Below are positions 9,981-20,797 of a stretch of 32,000 nucleotides of DNA, piece after piece. The position numbers were made by a program, and so were the translations under genes. Source of the stretch: Pseudomonas aeruginosa (GTDB taxonomy: Bacteria; Pseudomonadota; Gammaproteobacteria; Pseudomonadales; Pseudomonadaceae); the NCBI RefSeq assembly GCF_001457615.1, contig NZ_LN831024.1, positions 2,130,001 through 2,162,000 of the forward strand, read 5' to 3'. Within the stretch, counting starts at the first letter, position 1, and each line of letters begins with the position of its first letter. Under the pieces are notes generated by a model. It was not told the origin of the DNA. It saw nothing but the letters and a program-made list of their open reading frames with translations, and ran no database searches.

Positions 9981-10514
9981 TCACTTCGCGGCGACCCGTT
10001 CGCGACGTTGCCGGCAGCGTCGGCTCCAACTGCGCTGCACCCACCAGCGCCAGTAGAGCATCGTCAGCGCGTAGCCGAGGATGGCGGCGATGATGCCGCA
10101 CACCACCGAACCGAGCAGGAAGGGCTGCCAGAGGCTGGACAGCTCCTGGCTGATCCATTCCCAGGTGAGATGGTCCGGCAGGGTGCGCGGCGGCACCTGC
10201 ATCAACCAGGCGCCCAGCTTGTAGGTGCAATAGAAGACCGGGGGCATCGTGATCGGATTGGTCAGCCAGACCAATCCGACGGAGATTGGCAGATTGCTCC
10301 GAATCCACACCGCCAGACCGGCCGCCAGCAGCATCTGCATCGGCATCGGGATGAAGGCGGCGAACAGCCCGGCGGCCATGGCGCGCGATACCGAGTGGCG
10401 ATTGAGATGCCAAAGGTTGGGATCGTGCGTCAACTTGCCGAGAAAGCGCAGCGACTTCTGCGAGCGGATGCTTTCCGGATCGGGCATGTAGCGCTTGAAC
10501 AGGCGACGCGGCAT
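9981..10514 (-). CDS. DUF2062 domain membrane protein
   Basis: 177 aa; HSVSRAMAAGLFAAFIPMPMQMLLAAGLAVWIRSNLPISVGLVWLTNPITMPPVFYCTYKLGA typical of DUF2062 proteins. Confidence 0.88.
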   Translation of the reverse strand: MPRRLFKRYMPDPESIRSQKSLRFLGKLTHDPNLWHLNRHSVSRAMAAGLFAAFIPMPMQMLLAAGLAVWIRSNLPISVGLVWLTNPITMPPVFYCTYKLGAWLMQVPPRTLPDHLTWEWISQELSSLWQPFLLGSVVCGIIAAILGYALTMLYWRWWVQRSWSRRCRQRRERVAAK

Positions 10515-10644
10515 GTGGGCTCTCGGTGGATATAGGCTTGCGTATTATGCCAAGCAAGATGACAGGATTTCGTTGCCCATTGTATGACCCCATGTGACAT
10601 GTCGGGGAGCGGAGGGCGCGCCACGGGGATGGGAGGAACCGTTC

Positions 10645-12870
10645 ATGCGCCTGGGATTGCCAGCCCTCGCCGCGGGGCTGCTGGCCCTGCGCTTCCTGGC
10701 GGAATTGCCGTCGGTCGGCTGGCTGCTGGGCATGGCCGCCGCCGGACTGTTGCTGCTGTTCGGCCGGCTGTACTGGCTGGGGTTGTTCCTGCTCGGGTTC
10801 GCCTGGGCCTGCGGCTCGGCGCAAGTCGCCCTGGACGGACGCCTGGCCGCCGAGCTGGATGGTCGCACCCTTTGGCTGGAGGGGCGTGTGGTCGATCTGC
10901 CGGCGAGCGGCGAGGGCGTCACGCGCTTCCGGCTGGAGGAGGTCAGCGCTGCGCGGGGCGTGCTTCTTCCCGAGCGTCTGCGCCTGAGCTGGCGCGGCGC
11001 GCCGCCGCTGATGGGCGGCGAACGCTGGCGCCTGGCGGTGACCCTGAAACGCCCCCGCGGCCTGGTGAACGCGGCGGGGTTCGACTACGAGGCCTGGTTG
11101 TTGGCGCAGCGGGTCGGTGCCGTGGGCACGGTGAAGGCGGGCCAACGCCTGCAGCCGGCCAGCGGCCTGGATGCCTGGCGCGACGCCTGGCGCCAACGCC
11201 TGCTGGCGGTCGACGCACAGGGGCGCGGCGCCGCCCTGGCGGCGCTGGTGCTGGGGGATGGCTCGGGATTGAGCGCGGCCGAGTGGCGCATGTTCCAGGA
11301 CACCGGCACCGTGCATCTGATGGTCATCTCCGGTTCGCATATCTCGTTGCTGGCAGGGATGCTCTATGGCCTGGTGGCGGCCTTGCATCGCCTGGGCTGC
11401 TGGCCGCGGCGCCTGCCCTGGCTGCCCTGTGCCTGCGCCCTGGGTTTGCTTGGTGCCTGGAGCTACGGGTTGATGGCGGGTTTCGAGGTCCCGGTGCGGC
11501 GTGCTTGCCTGATGGTCAGCCTGGCGCTGGTCTGGCGCCTGCGTTTCCGCCACCTGGGCTTGCTGACCCCGCTGCTGGGAACGCTGGTGCTGGTCTTGCT
11601 GGTCGAGCCGCTGGCCAGCCTGCAGGCGGGGTTCTGGCTGTCGTTCCTGGCGGTTGCCCTGCTGCTCTGGCTGTTCGCCGGGCGCCTTGGGCGCTGGCGC
11701 TGGTGGGCGGCCTGGGGGCGGGCGCAGTGGGGGATGGCGCTGGGGCTGGCGATGCCGCTGCTGGCGCTGGGCCTGCCGTTGAGCCTGAGCGGAGCGCCGG
11801 CCAACCTGCTGGCGGTGCCTTGGATCGAACTGCTGGTAGTGCCCCCGGCCCTGGCGGGGAGCCTGCTGCTATGGGTGCCCGGGCTGGGCGAGGGGCTGCT
11901 TCGCGCCGCTGGCGTTTCGCTGGACCTGCTGTTTCGTGCACTTGGCCTGCTGGCGGGCCTGGCCGAGGCCTGGCAGCCACCCGCCGCAGCGGCCTGGAGC
12001 GTAGCGCTGGGCATGCTCGGCGCGCTCTGCTGGCTGGCGCCGGCTGGCTTGCCGTTGCGTGCCCTCGGTGCCGCGTTGCTACTGCCGGCATTGTTGCCGT
12101 CATCGCCGCCTGTCGAATGGGGGCGGGCGGAAGTGCGGGTGCTGGACGTCGGCCAGGGGCTGGCCGTGCTGGTGCGTACCCGAGAGCATGTCTTGCTCTA
12201 TGACAGCGGTGCGCGGCAGGGGGCGTTCGACATGGGCGAGCGGGTGGTGGTGCCGGTGCTGCGCAGCCTGGACCTGCGGCGCCTGGACGGCCTGTTGCTG
12301 AGCCATGCCGACAACGACCATGCAGGCGGTGCTCCTACGGTCGCTTCCCGATTCCCGCCGGTTTGGCTGGTCAGCGGCGAACCCGCGCGCCTGCCTTCGC
12401 CGTTGTTCGCGGACAGCTGCGACGAGCGGAGCTGGTCCTGGGATGGCGTGGTTTTCGAACAGTGGGCATGGGCACAGGCCGGCGACAGCAACGACCGCTC
12501 CTGTGTGCTGAGGGTCGAGGCCGATGGCGAAGTCCTGCTGCTGACCGGGGACATCTCGCGTGCGGCCGAGCATGCCTGGCTGGCGCGACAGGCCGATCCC
12601 CGGGTCGACTGGTTGCTGGCGCCGCATCATGGCAGCCGCAGTTCCTCCGGAGTCGCCTTCGTGTTGCGTACGCGGCCTCGCCATGTGCTGGTCTCGCGAG
12701 GTTGGCGCAACGCCTTCGGCCATCCCCATGGCGAAGTGATGGAGCGTTACGCGAGGGTCGCCGCGCAGGTCCACGACACGGCACGCGACGGTGCCCTGAC
12801 GTTTCTCCTCGGAAGCCGTGGCGGCGCACGCCGGGAGCGTGATTCGGCGCACTTCTGGCGGGAAAAATGA
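10645..12870 (+). CDS. comEC: DNA internalization-related competence protein ComEC/Rec2
   Basis: Polytopic N-terminal competence domain (HLMVISGSHISLLAGMLYGL) and C-terminal metallo-hydrolase (LDVGQGLAVLVRTREHVLLYDSG, LLSHADNDHAGG, DWLLAPHHGSRSSS). GGAGG precedes ATG 10645; the ORF extends upstream to 10594. Confidence 0.93.
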   Translation: MRLGLPALAAGLLALRFLAELPSVGWLLGMAAAGLLLLFGRLYWLGLFLLGFAWACGSAQVALDGRLAAELDGRTLWLEGRVVDLPASGEGVTRFRLEEVSAARGVLLPERLRLSWRGAPPLMGGERWRLAVTLKRPRGLVNAAGFDYEAWLLAQRVGAVGTVKAGQRLQPASGLDAWRDAWRQRLLAVDAQGRGAALAALVLGDGSGLSAAEWRMFQDTGTVHLMVISGSHISLLAGMLYGLVAALHRLGCWPRRLPWLPCACALGLLGAWSYGLMAGFEVPVRRACLMVSLALVWRLRFRHLGLLTPLLGTLVLVLLVEPLASLQAGFWLSFLAVALLLWLFAGRLGRWRWWAAWGRAQWGMALGLAMPLLALGLPLSLSGAPANLLAVPWIELLVVPPALAGSLLLWVPGLGEGLLRAAGVSLDLLFRALGLLAGLAEAWQPPAAAAWSVALGMLGALCWLAPAGLPLRALGAALLLPALLPSSPPVEWGRAEVRVLDVGQGLAVLVRTREHVLLYDSGARQGAFDMGERVVVPVLRSLDLRRLDGLLLSHADNDHAGGAPTVASRFPPVWLVSGEPARLPSPLFADSCDERSWSWDGVVFEQWAWAQAGDSNDRSCVLRVEADGEVLLLTGDISRAAEHAWLARQADPRVDWLLAPHHGSRSSSGVAFVLRTRPRHVLVSRGWRNAFGHPHGEVMERYARVAAQVHDTARDGALTFLLGSRGGARRERDSAHFWREK

Positions 12871-12942
12871 GAACCGTGGCGGTCGGCGGAAAAGGGTCGC
12901 TGTGCTAGAGTGGCGCCACTTTTTTTTCGGGGATATGCCACT

Positions 12943-13578
12943 GTGTGGGAACTGGTTCAAGCCGGCGGCTGGATGATGCTGCCGATCATTCTGAGTTCGA
13001 TCGCCGCCACCGCCATCGTCGCGGAGCGCCTGTGGACGCTGCGCAAGAGCCGCGTCGCGCCGCCCGAGCTGCTCGGCCAGGTGTGGAAGCAGATCAAGGG
13101 CAAGCAACTGAGCGCCCAGAAGCTCAAGGACCTGCGCGCCAACTCGCCGCTGGGAGAGATCCTCGCCGCCGGTCTGGCCAACTCCAAGCACGGTCGCGAG
13201 ATCATGAAGGAGTGCATCGAGGAGGCTGCTTCCGGTGTCATCCACGAGCTGGAGCGCTACCTCAACGCCCTCGGCACCATCGCCGCGATGGCGCCGCTGC
13301 TGGGCCTGCTGGGTACGGTGTTCGGCATGATCCAGATCTTCGGCGCCTTCATGGACAACGGCATGGCCAACTCGCCGATGCTCGCCGCGGGCATCTCCAA
13401 GGCATTGATCACCACCGCCGCCGGCCTGCTGGTGGCGATTCCGGCGGTGTTCTTCCATCGCTACCTGCTGCGGCGGGTCGACGAACTGGTGATCGCCATG
13501 GAGCAGGAGGCCATCAAGCTGGTGGAAGTGGTGCAGGGCGATCGTGAAGTCGACTACGTCGAGGAAGGCAAAGCGTGA
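12943..13578 (+). CDS. MotA/TolQ/ExbB proton channel family protein (ExbB-like)
   Basis: 211 aa from GTG 12943 (ORF open to 12910); VWELVQAGGWMMLPIILSSIAATAIVAERLW..., GLLGTVFGMIQIFGAF...ALITTAAGLLVAIPA. Confidence 0.9.
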   Translation: MWELVQAGGWMMLPIILSSIAATAIVAERLWTLRKSRVAPPELLGQVWKQIKGKQLSAQKLKDLRANSPLGEILAAGLANSKHGREIMKECIEEAASGVIHELERYLNALGTIAAMAPLLGLLGTVFGMIQIFGAFMDNGMANSPMLAAGISKALITTAAGLLVAIPAVFFHRYLLRRVDELVIAMEQEAIKLVEVVQGDREVDYVEEGKA

Positions 13579-14015
13579 AATTCCGCCGCAGACGGGCGGG
13601 TGCCGCCCGTGAAGACGTCTTCATCAACCTGGCGTCGCTGATCGACGTGATCTTCGTCCTGCTGCTGTTCTTCGTGGTCAGTACCACCTTCACCCGCCCC
13701 GAGCAGCTCAACATCGAGCTGCCATCGGCGGAGAGCGGCGAAACCGCCGGCACCGAGCAGAAGCAACTGGAACTCTCGGTGGATGCCGAGGGGCACTACG
13801 CCTTGAACGGGCAGGCGCTGGCCAAGAGCGACCTGGCCACCCTGATGGCGGCGATGCAGCGTGAATCGGCGGGCGACAACAACCTGCCGGTGGTGATCAG
13901 CGCCGATGCCAAGTCCACCCACCAGTCGGTGGTCACGGCGATGGACGCAGCGGGCAAGCTGGGCTTCGTCCACCTGCGCATCACCACGGTCGAGAACACG
14001 GCGGCCAAGCCCTGA
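13575..14015 (+). CDS. Biopolymer transport protein ExbD/TolR family
   Basis: 146 aa; [50 protein letters not shown]; GTGA-type overlap with the ExbB-like gene. Confidence 0.92.
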   Translation: MKFRRRRAGAAREDVFINLASLIDVIFVLLLFFVVSTTFTRPEQLNIELPSAESGETAGTEQKQLELSVDAEGHYALNGQALAKSDLATLMAAMQRESAGDNNLPVVISADAKSTHQSVVTAMDAAGKLGFVHLRITTVENTAAKP

Positions 14016-15013
14016 TGTCGTTCTCCGAGCGGCTGCTCGCCGCCTGGTACCAGGGGCATCCGGCGCTGGCGTTGCTGCGTCCGCTGGAGGCTCTCTATCG
14101 CCGGGTGGCGAACGGCCGCCGGGCGGACTTCCTGTCCGGGCGCAAGCCCGCCTATCGGGCGCCGCTGCCGGTGCTGGTGGTAGGCAACATCACCGTCGGC
14201 GGAACCGGCAAGACGCCGATGATCCTCTGGATGATCGAGCACTGCAGGGCTCGCGGCTTGCGGGTTGGCGTGATCAGCCGCGGCTATGGTGCCCGGCCGC
14301 CCACCACGCCGTGGCGGGTGCGGGCCGAGCAGGACGCCGCGGAGGCCGGCGACGAACCGCTGATGATCGTCCGGCGCAGCGGCGTGCCGCTGATGATCGA
14401 CCCGGATCGTCCGCGCGCCCTGCAGGCGCTGCTCGCCGAAGAGCAGTTGGACCTGGTCCTCTGCGACGATGGCTTGCAGCACTATCGCCTGGCGCGCGAT
14501 CTGGAGCTGGTGCTGATCGATGCCGCGCGCGGTCTCGGCAATGGTCGTTGCCTGCCGGCCGGTCCGTTGCGCGAACCGGCGGAGCGTCTGGAAAGCGTCG
14601 ACGCGCTGCTTTACAACGGCGCCGACGAGGATCCTGACGGCGGTTACGCATTCCGCTTGCAGCCTACTGCGCTGATCAACCTGCAGAGCGGCGAGCGCCG
14701 ACCGCTGGAGCATTTTCCCGCGGGCCAGGAGGTCCATGCCCTGGCCGGGATCGGCAATCCGCAGCGTTTCTTCAGGACGCTCGAGGCGCTACACTGGCGG
14801 GCGATTCCGCATGCCTTCCCGGATCACGCGACCTACACGGCGGCCGAACTGGCGTTCAGCCCGCCGCTGCCGCTGCTGATGACCGAGAAGGATGCCGTTA
14901 AATGCCGGGCTTTCGCAGCGGCCGACTGGTGGTACCTGGCGGTCGATGCGGTGCCTTCCCCAGCATTCGTCGCCTGGTTCGACGCCCGACTCGAGCATCT
15001 CCTGGCGCGCTGA
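14015..15013 (+). CDS. lpxK: Tetraacyldisaccharide 4'-kinase
   Basis: 332 aa; [55 protein letters not shown]; overlaps the ExbD-like stop. Confidence 0.96.
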   Translation: MSFSERLLAAWYQGHPALALLRPLEALYRRVANGRRADFLSGRKPAYRAPLPVLVVGNITVGGTGKTPMILWMIEHCRARGLRVGVISRGYGARPPTTPWRVRAEQDAAEAGDEPLMIVRRSGVPLMIDPDRPRALQALLAEEQLDLVLCDDGLQHYRLARDLELVLIDAARGLGNGRCLPAGPLREPAERLESVDALLYNGADEDPDGGYAFRLQPTALINLQSGERRPLEHFPAGQEVHALAGIGNPQRFFRTLEALHWRAIPHAFPDHATYTAAELAFSPPLPLLMTEKDAVKCRAFAAADWWYLAVDAVPSPAFVAWFDARLEHLLAR

Positions 15014-15050
15014 CCGGCGGCCGTGCCGCCATTGTATGAAGGACTCCGCC

Positions 15051-15236
15051 ATGGACCCGAAACTCCTCGATATCCTTGCCTGCCCGTTGACCAAGGGCCC
15101 GCTGGTGCTCAGCGAAGACAAGACCGAACTGATCAGCAAGCAGGCCGGCCTGGCCTATCCGATCCGCGACGGCATCCCGGTGATGCTGGAGAGCGAGGCT
15201 CGCTCCCTGAACGTGGACGAGCGGCTGGACAAGTAA
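15051..15236 (+). CDS. Trm112/YcaR family small protein
   Basis: 61 aa; [61 protein letters not shown]; between lpxK and kdsB. Confidence 0.92.
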   Translation: MDPKLLDILACPLTKGPLVLSEDKTELISKQAGLAYPIRDGIPVMLESEARSLNVDERLDK

Positions 15237-16000
15237 TGACCCAGGCGTTCACTGTCGTCATTCCCGCCCGCTACGCCTCCACTCGTCTGCCCGGCAAGCC
15301 ATTGCAGGATATCGCCGGCCAGCCAATGATCCAGCGCGTCTGGAACCAGGCCCGCAAGAGCGCCGCCAGCCGCGTGGTCGTCGCCACCGACGACGAACGC
15401 ATCCTGGCGGCGTGCCAGGGGTTCGGCGCCGAGGCGCTGCTGACACGTGCCGAGCACAACTCCGGCACCGATCGCCTGGAGGAAGTCGCTTCCCGGCTCG
15501 GCCTGGCCAGCGATGCCATCGTGGTCAACGTCCAGGGCGACGAGCCGCTGATCCCCCCGGCGCTCATCGACCAGGTGGCGGCCAACCTGGCGGCGCACCC
15601 GGAGGCCGCCATCGCTACCCTGGCCGAGCCGATCCATGAGGTCTCCGCGCTGTTCAATCCGAACGTGGTCAAGGTCGCCACCGACATCGACGGCCTGGCC
15701 CTGACTTTCAGTCGTGCGCCCTTGCCCTGGGCTCGCGACGCCTTCGCCCGCGATCGCGACAGCCTGCCGGAGGGCGTGCCCTATCGTCGCCACATCGGCA
15801 TCTACGCCTATCGCGTGGGTTTCCTTGCCGATTTCGTCGCCTGGGGACCGTGCTGGCTGGAGAACGCCGAAAGCCTCGAGCAATTGCGCGCGCTCTGGCA
15901 CGGGGTGCGAATCCATGTGGCCGATGCCCGCGAAACCATGCTTCCGGGCGTGGATACGCCGGAAGACCTCGAACGCGTTCGCCGCGTGCTGGGGGGCTGA
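15236..16000 (+). CDS. kdsB: 3-deoxy-manno-octulosonate cytidylyltransferase
   Basis: 254 aa from ATG overlapping the previous TAA; [49 protein letters not shown]. Confidence 0.97.
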   Translation: MTQAFTVVIPARYASTRLPGKPLQDIAGQPMIQRVWNQARKSAASRVVVATDDERILAACQGFGAEALLTRAEHNSGTDRLEEVASRLGLASDAIVVNVQGDEPLIPPALIDQVAANLAAHPEAAIATLAEPIHEVSALFNPNVVKVATDIDGLALTFSRAPLPWARDAFARDRDSLPEGVPYRRHIGIYAYRVGFLADFVAWGPCWLENAESLEQLRALWHGVRIHVADARETMLPGVDTPEDLERVRRVLGG

Positions 16001-16464
16001 TGCGCGTCCTGTTCGTCTGCCTGGGCAACATCTGCCGGTCGCCCACCGCCGAAGGCGTGTTCCGGCGCAAGGTCGAGGAGGCCGGGCTGGCCTCCCGTAT
16101 CCATGTCGATTCCGCCGGCACCGCCGGCTGGCATGTCGGCAAGGCACCTGACCAGCGCACCCGCCTGGCCGCGCAAAGGCGCGGCTACGATCTGTCGGCA
16201 CTGCGTGGACGCCAGGTCGGCATCGAGGATTTCTCCTGCCATGACCTGATCCTGGCCATGGACCTGTCCAACCTGGCCGACCTCGAGACCCTGCGTGCCG
16301 GGCGCGGTGCCGCCGAACTGGATCTGTTCCTGCGTCGCTACGGGTCCGAGCGGGACGAAGTACCCGATCCCTACTATGGCGGCGAAGAAGGCTTCGAGCA
16401 GGTCCTCGACCTGATCGAACATGCCTGCGACCGTCTGTTGATCGAAGCCAAGGGGCGACTGTGA
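16000..16464 (+). CDS. Low molecular weight protein-tyrosine-phosphatase
   Basis: 154 aa; P-loop VCLGNICRSPTAEG, C-terminal VPDPYYGGEEGFEQV. Confidence 0.93.
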   Translation: MRVLFVCLGNICRSPTAEGVFRRKVEEAGLASRIHVDSAGTAGWHVGKAPDQRTRLAAQRRGYDLSALRGRQVGIEDFSCHDLILAMDLSNLADLETLRAGRGAAELDLFLRRYGSERDEVPDPYYGGEEGFEQVLDLIEHACDRLLIEAKGRL

Positions 16465-17480
16465 GCCTGGAACTGCAAGAGCATTGCTCGCTGAAGCCCT
16501 ATAACACCTTCGGCATCGACGTGCGCGCCCGCCTGCTGGCCCACGCCCGGGACGAGGCTGATGTGCGCGAGGCCCTGGCCCTGGCTCGGGAGCGTGGATT
16601 GCCGCTGCTGGTGATCGGTGGTGGCAGCAACCTGCTGCTGACCCGTGACCTCGAGGCGCTGGTTTTGCGCATGGCCAGCCAGGGGCGGCGAATTGTTTCC
16701 GATGCCGCGGATTCGGTGTTGGTCGAGGCGGAGGCGGGCGAGGCCTGGGACCCATTCGTACAATGGAGCCTGGAGCGGGGCCTGGCCGGTCTGGAAAATC
16801 TCAGCCTGATTCCCGGCACCGTGGGTGCGGCGCCGATGCAGAACATCGGCGCCTATGGCGTGGAGCTGAAGGATGTCTTCGACAGCCTGACGGCGCTGGA
16901 TCGCCAGGATGGAACCCTGCGTGAGTTCGATCGCCAGGCCTGCCGTTTCGGCTACCGCGACAGCCTGTTCAAGCAGGAGCCTGATCGCTGGCTGATCCTC
17001 CGCGTGCGCCTGCGCCTGACACGGCGGGAGAGGCTGCACCTGGACTACGGGCCGGTACGCCAGCGCCTGGAGGAGGAGGGCATCGCCAGTCCGACGGCCA
17101 GGGACGTAAGCCGGGTAATCTGCGCCATTCGCCGGGAGAAGCTGCCCGACCCCGCCGTATTGGGCAATGCCGGCAGCTTCTTCAAGAACCCGCTGGTGGA
17201 TGCGAGGCAGGCCGAGCGCTTGCGTCAGGCCTTCCCGGATCTGGTTGGCTATCCGCAGGCGGACGGTCGGTTGAAGCTGGCCGCAGGCTGGCTCATCGAC
17301 AAGGGCGGCTGGAAGGGCTTTCGCGATGGCCCGGTGGGGGTACACGCGCAGCAGGCGCTGGTCCTGGTCAACCATGGCGGTGCCACCGGTGCCCAGGTCC
17401 GGGCATTGGCGGAGCGTATCCAGGAGGACGTCCGTCGGCGTTTCGGCGTCGAATTGGAGCCTGAACCCAATCTCTACTGA
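16461..17480 (+). CDS. murB: UDP-N-acetylmuramate dehydrogenase
   Basis: 339 aa from GTG; SLKPYNTFGIDVRARL, LVIGGGSNLLLT, IPGTVGAAPMQNIGAYGVELKD, GNAGSFFKNPLV. Confidence 0.96.
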   Translation: MSLELQEHCSLKPYNTFGIDVRARLLAHARDEADVREALALARERGLPLLVIGGGSNLLLTRDLEALVLRMASQGRRIVSDAADSVLVEAEAGEAWDPFVQWSLERGLAGLENLSLIPGTVGAAPMQNIGAYGVELKDVFDSLTALDRQDGTLREFDRQACRFGYRDSLFKQEPDRWLILRVRLRLTRRERLHLDYGPVRQRLEEEGIASPTARDVSRVICAIRREKLPDPAVLGNAGSFFKNPLVDARQAERLRQAFPDLVGYPQADGRLKLAAGWLIDKGGWKGFRDGPVGVHAQQALVLVNHGGATGAQVRALAERIQEDVRRRFGVELEPEPNLY

Positions 17481-17495
17481 GGGTGCGGCTGGAGA

Positions 17496-17530
17496 ATGAA
17501 AAAGGGATGCCGGCGGCATCCCTTTTTCAT
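17496..17530. terminator. Intrinsic (bidirectional) terminator downstream of murB
   Basis: ATGAAAAAGGGATGCC-ggc-GGCATCCCTTTTTCAT, perfect 16-bp arms. Confidence 0.9.
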
Positions 17531-17595
17531 TGTGCGTGTTCGGCGGCTCTGGTCATGACGGGCGGTATGCCGGAGTGCCGCGGAATGACACGCAA

Positions 17596-17627
17596 AAAAA
17601 AGGGGATGCCATGGCATCCCCTTTTTT
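17596..17627. terminator. Intrinsic (bidirectional) terminator downstream of rne
   Basis: AAAAAGGGGATGCCATGGCATCCCCTTTTT, perfect palindrome with A/T flanks; lies just 3' of the rne stop at 17639-17641. Confidence 0.9.
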
Positions 17628-17638
17628 CAGTCTGTCAC

Positions 17639-20600
17639 TCAGGCATGCGGGCGCGAGGTTTCGCTTTCCTCGGTCTTTTTCGCGTGCTCCGTGTCGGTGG
17701 CGTCTTCGCCGGAAGCTTCAGGCTCGGCCTGTACCGCTTCCTGGGCTTCGTCCGCCTGGGACGGAACGTCGGCCTGGGCGATTTCTTCAGCCTGGGGTAC
17801 AGCAGGTTCCTCCTGGGCCGACGCTTCCTCGCTCGCTACAGCCGGGACCTCCTCGACGGCGGGAGCGGCCTGAGCTGCCGCTTCGGCTGCTGCTGCGGCT
17901 TCGCGTGCCAGACGCTCGGCTTCGCGTTGCAGGCGACGTTTTTCCCGTGGGTCGTTGAGGGCACGGCCGGTCGCGTTGGCCGGCACCGCCGCGATGGCCG
18001 GGGTCGGCTCTTCGGTGGTTGCGGGCTCGCTAGGGGCTGCTGCTTCGACGGGCACCGGGGCGGCAACTTCTTCGGCCGCTTCCGTTGCCGGTTGCACGGC
18101 GCTCTCGGCGTCTTCGCGGCTTTCCACGCTTTCGCTGGCGAAGGGAGCTTCTTCAGTGGCTTGCGCGACCAGCAGGGTGCTCTGGTCGGCTTCGTCCCGG
18201 ACCACGCTGACGGTCACCGGCGCTTCGATGTCGGCGGTTTCGCCGGCATTGGCCTCGCTGTCCGCGCCCTGGGTTTCGACGGCTTCGCTGGTCGGCGCGT
18301 CGGTTTCATCGCTTGCCGTGGTTTCGCTGGCAGCCTCGCTGGTAGTGGCCGGGGCTTGCTCCACGTTTGCTTCTACGGCTTCGCTGGCGACAGCGATACC
18401 GGCAGCAGCGGCGGCTGCGACGGTGTTCAGCGGCGCGGCGGCGTTATCGGTCGCCTCGCTGCCTTCCAGCTCACCGCTGACCTCGCGCTGGCGTTCGCGG
18501 CGGTTGCTGCGACGACGCTGGCCGCGGGAGCGGCGGCGCGGGCGCTCGCCATCGGTATCGTCCTGCTCGTCCTGCTCCAGGCTCTCGTCGTTCGGCAGTG
18601 CCTCGGCTTCCAGGGCCGCGGCGTCGCGAGCCTGGCGATCCTCGCGCGGCTGGCGCTCTTCGCGGGCCGGGCGCTCGGCGCGTTCTTCACGGCCTTCGCG
18701 GGGTTGTCGCTCTTCGCGGGCCGGGCGTTCGGCGCGCTCTTCGCGGCGGCGTTCGCTGCGTTCCTCGCGACCTTCGCGGCCTTCGCGCGGCTGGCGCTCT
18801 TCGCGGGGTGTCCGCTCGGCGCGCTCTTCACGGCCTTCGCGCGGCTGGCGCTCCTCGCGAGCCGGGCGCTCGGCGCGCTCTTCGCGGCGACGTTCGCTGC
18901 GCTCTTCGCGCGGTTGACGCTCTGCACGCTCCTCGCGCGGTTTGCGCTCTTCGTCGCGGCGATTGCCATCGCGGCCATCGCGGCGGCGGTTCTGCTGGCG
19001 GCCGTTGCGACGCTCGTCCTGGCGGGTTTGGCGCTCGGCAGCCGGCTTGCTGGTTTCAGCAGGCTTGGCGGCAGGTTGATCCTTGCCTGCGAACAGGCCG
19101 ACCAGGGACTTCACCAGGCCCTGGAACAGGCTCGGCTCGGGCATCGGCTTGGCCGGCTCGACCGGTGCTTCGGTGTGTTGCGGTGCGGGCTGCTGGGGAG
19201 CGACGGTCTTGACTGCTGCTTCCTGGCGGACCAGGGTGCGGGTCGAGCTGACCGGCTGGGCTTCTTCGTGCTCGACGGTGGCCATTTCGTAGCTGGTCTG
19301 GCCGGCAACCAGTTCGGGGCTGTCATCGCGCAGACGCTGGACTTCGAAATGCGGGGTTTCCAGATGATCGTCCGGCAGGATGAAGATGCGCGCGCGGGTA
19401 CGCAGTTCGATCTTGGTGATGGCGTTGCGCTTCTCGTTGAGCAGGAAGGCGGCGACCTGGAAGGGCACGCGGGCGCGGACTTCCGCGGTGCGGTCCTTCA
19501 GGGCTTCTTCCTCGATCAGGCGCAGGATGGCCAGCGACAGCGACTCGACGTCGCGGATGATGCCCTGGCCGTTGCAGCGCGGGCAGACGATGCCGCTGGT
19601 CTCGCCGAGGGACGGACGCAGGCGCTGGCGGGACATTTCCAGCAGGCCGAAGCGCGAGATGCGACCGACCTGGACGCGCGCGCGGTCGGCCTCGAGGGCT
19701 TCGCGGACACGCTCTTCCACGGCGCGCTGGTTCTTCGCCGGGGTCATGTCGATGAAGTCGATGACGATCAGGCCGCCGATGTCACGCAGGCGCAGCTGGC
19801 GGGCGATTTCCTCGGCCGCTTCCAGGTTGGTCTGCAGGGCGGTTTCCTCGATGTCGCCGCCCTTGGTGGCGCGCGCCGAGTTGATGTCGATGGAAACCAG
19901 GGCCTCGGTCGGGTCGATGACGATGGAGCCGCCGGACGGCAGCTTCACTTCGCGCTGGAAAGCGGTCTCGATCTGGCTCTCGATCTGGAAGCGATTGAAC
20001 AGCGGAACGCTGTCCTGGTACAGCTTCACCTTGCTGGCGTACTGCGGCATCACCTGGCGGATGAAGTTCAGGGCTTCTTCCTGGGCGTCGATGCTGTCGA
20101 TCAGCACTTCGCCGATGTCCTGGCGCAGGTAGTCGCGGATGGCGCGGATGATGACGTTGCTTTCCTGGTAGATCAGGAAGGGCGCGCCACGTTCGCCGGA
20201 CGCTTCCTTGATCGCGCTCCACAGTTGCAGCAGGTAGTCGAGGTCCCACTGCAGTTCCTCGGTGCTGCGGCCGAGGCCGGCGGTGCGCACGATCAGGCCC
20301 ATGTCGGCCGGTGCGTTGAGGCCGTTCAGGGCCTCGCGCAGCTCGTTGCGCTCTTCGCCTTCGATACGGCGGGAGATGCCGCCGGCGCGCGGGTTGTTCG
20401 GCATCAGCACCAGGTAACGGCCGGCCAGGCTGATGAAGGTGGTCAGGGCGGCGCCCTTGTTGCCGCGCTCTTCCTTCTCGACCTGGACGATGACTTCCTG
20501 GCCTTCGCTCAGGACTTCCTTGATGTTGATCCGGCCTTCGGGGGATTTCTTGAAGTATTCGCGGGAGATTTCTTTGAGGGGGAGGAAGCCGTGGCGTTCG

Positions 20601-20785
20601 GCGCCGAAGTCGACGAAGGCGGCTTCGAGGCTGGGTTCGACGCGAGTGATGCGGCCTTTGTAGATGTTGGCCTTCTTCTGCTCGCGGGCGCCCGACTCGA
20701 TGTCGAGGTCGAACAGGCGTTGGCCGTCGACCAGTGCAACACGCAACTCCTCGGGTTGAGTCGCGTTGATCAGCATTCTTTTCAT
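17639..20785 (-). CDS. rne: Ribonuclease E
   Basis: 1048 aa from [30 protein letters not shown] (ATG 20785-20783); S1 domain, [57 protein letters not shown] Zn-link; long disordered RE/A/E/P-rich C-terminus. Confidence 0.97.
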   Translation of the reverse strand: MKRMLINATQPEELRVALVDGQRLFDLDIESGAREQKKANIYKGRITRVEPSLEAAFVDFGAERHGFLPLKEISREYFKKSPEGRINIKEVLSEGQEVIVQVEKEERGNKGAALTTFISLAGRYLVLMPNNPRAGGISRRIEGEERNELREALNGLNAPADMGLIVRTAGLGRSTEELQWDLDYLLQLWSAIKEASGERGAPFLIYQESNVIIRAIRDYLRQDIGEVLIDSIDAQEEALNFIRQVMPQYASKVKLYQDSVPLFNRFQIESQIETAFQREVKLPSGGSIVIDPTEALVSIDINSARATKGGDIEETALQTNLEAAEEIARQLRLRDIGGLIVIDFIDMTPAKNQRAVEERVREALEADRARVQVGRISRFGLLEMSRQRLRPSLGETSGIVCPRCNGQGIIRDVESLSLAILRLIEEEALKDRTAEVRARVPFQVAAFLLNEKRNAITKIELRTRARIFILPDDHLETPHFEVQRLRDDSPELVAGQTSYEMATVEHEEAQPVSSTRTLVRQEAAVKTVAPQQPAPQHTEAPVEPAKPMPEPSLFQGLVKSLVGLFAGKDQPAAKPAETSKPAAERQTRQDERRNGRQQNRRRDGRDGNRRDEERKPREERAERQPREERSERRREERAERPAREERQPREGREERAERTPREERQPREGREGREERSERRREERAERPAREERQPREGREERAERPAREERQPREDRQARDAAALEAEALPNDESLEQDEQDDTDGERPRRRSRGQRRRSNRRERQREVSGELEGSEATDNAAAPLNTVAAAAAAGIAVASEAVEANVEQAPATTSEAASETTASDETDAPTSEAVETQGADSEANAGETADIEAPVTVSVVRDEADQSTLLVAQATEEAPFASESVESREDAESAVQPATEAAEEVAAPVPVEAAAPSEPATTEEPTPAIAAVPANATGRALNDPREKRRLQREAERLAREAAAAAEAAAQAAPAVEEVPAVASEEASAQEEPAVPQAEEIAQADVPSQADEAQEAVQAEPEASGEDATDTEHAKKTEESETSRPHA
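18640..18960 (-). repeat. Degenerate tandem repeat array inside the rne C-terminal coding region
   Basis: Encodes repeated units such as [64 protein letters not shown]; DNA motif CGCGCGGCTGGCGCTC(T/C)TCGCG recurs several times. Boundaries approximate. Confidence 0.85.
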
Positions 20786-20797
20786 GTAGTACCAATG

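Noticed and set aside
10584-12203. 539-aa frame overlapping comEC, and 9967..11553 antisense ORF
   Set aside because: Shadow ORFs; the comEC frame has intact motifs across both domains.
12943-14015. ExbB/ExbD-like pair considered as part of a novel energised system with comEC
   Set aside because: No TonB-like or substrate-binding partner here; these genes are tightly overlapped with lpxK and this arrangement is common in Pseudomonas.
18640-18960. Repeat array considered as CRISPR or intergenic repeats
   Set aside because: Units are imperfect, tandem without unique spacers, and in frame within rne, i.e. a protein-coding repeat.
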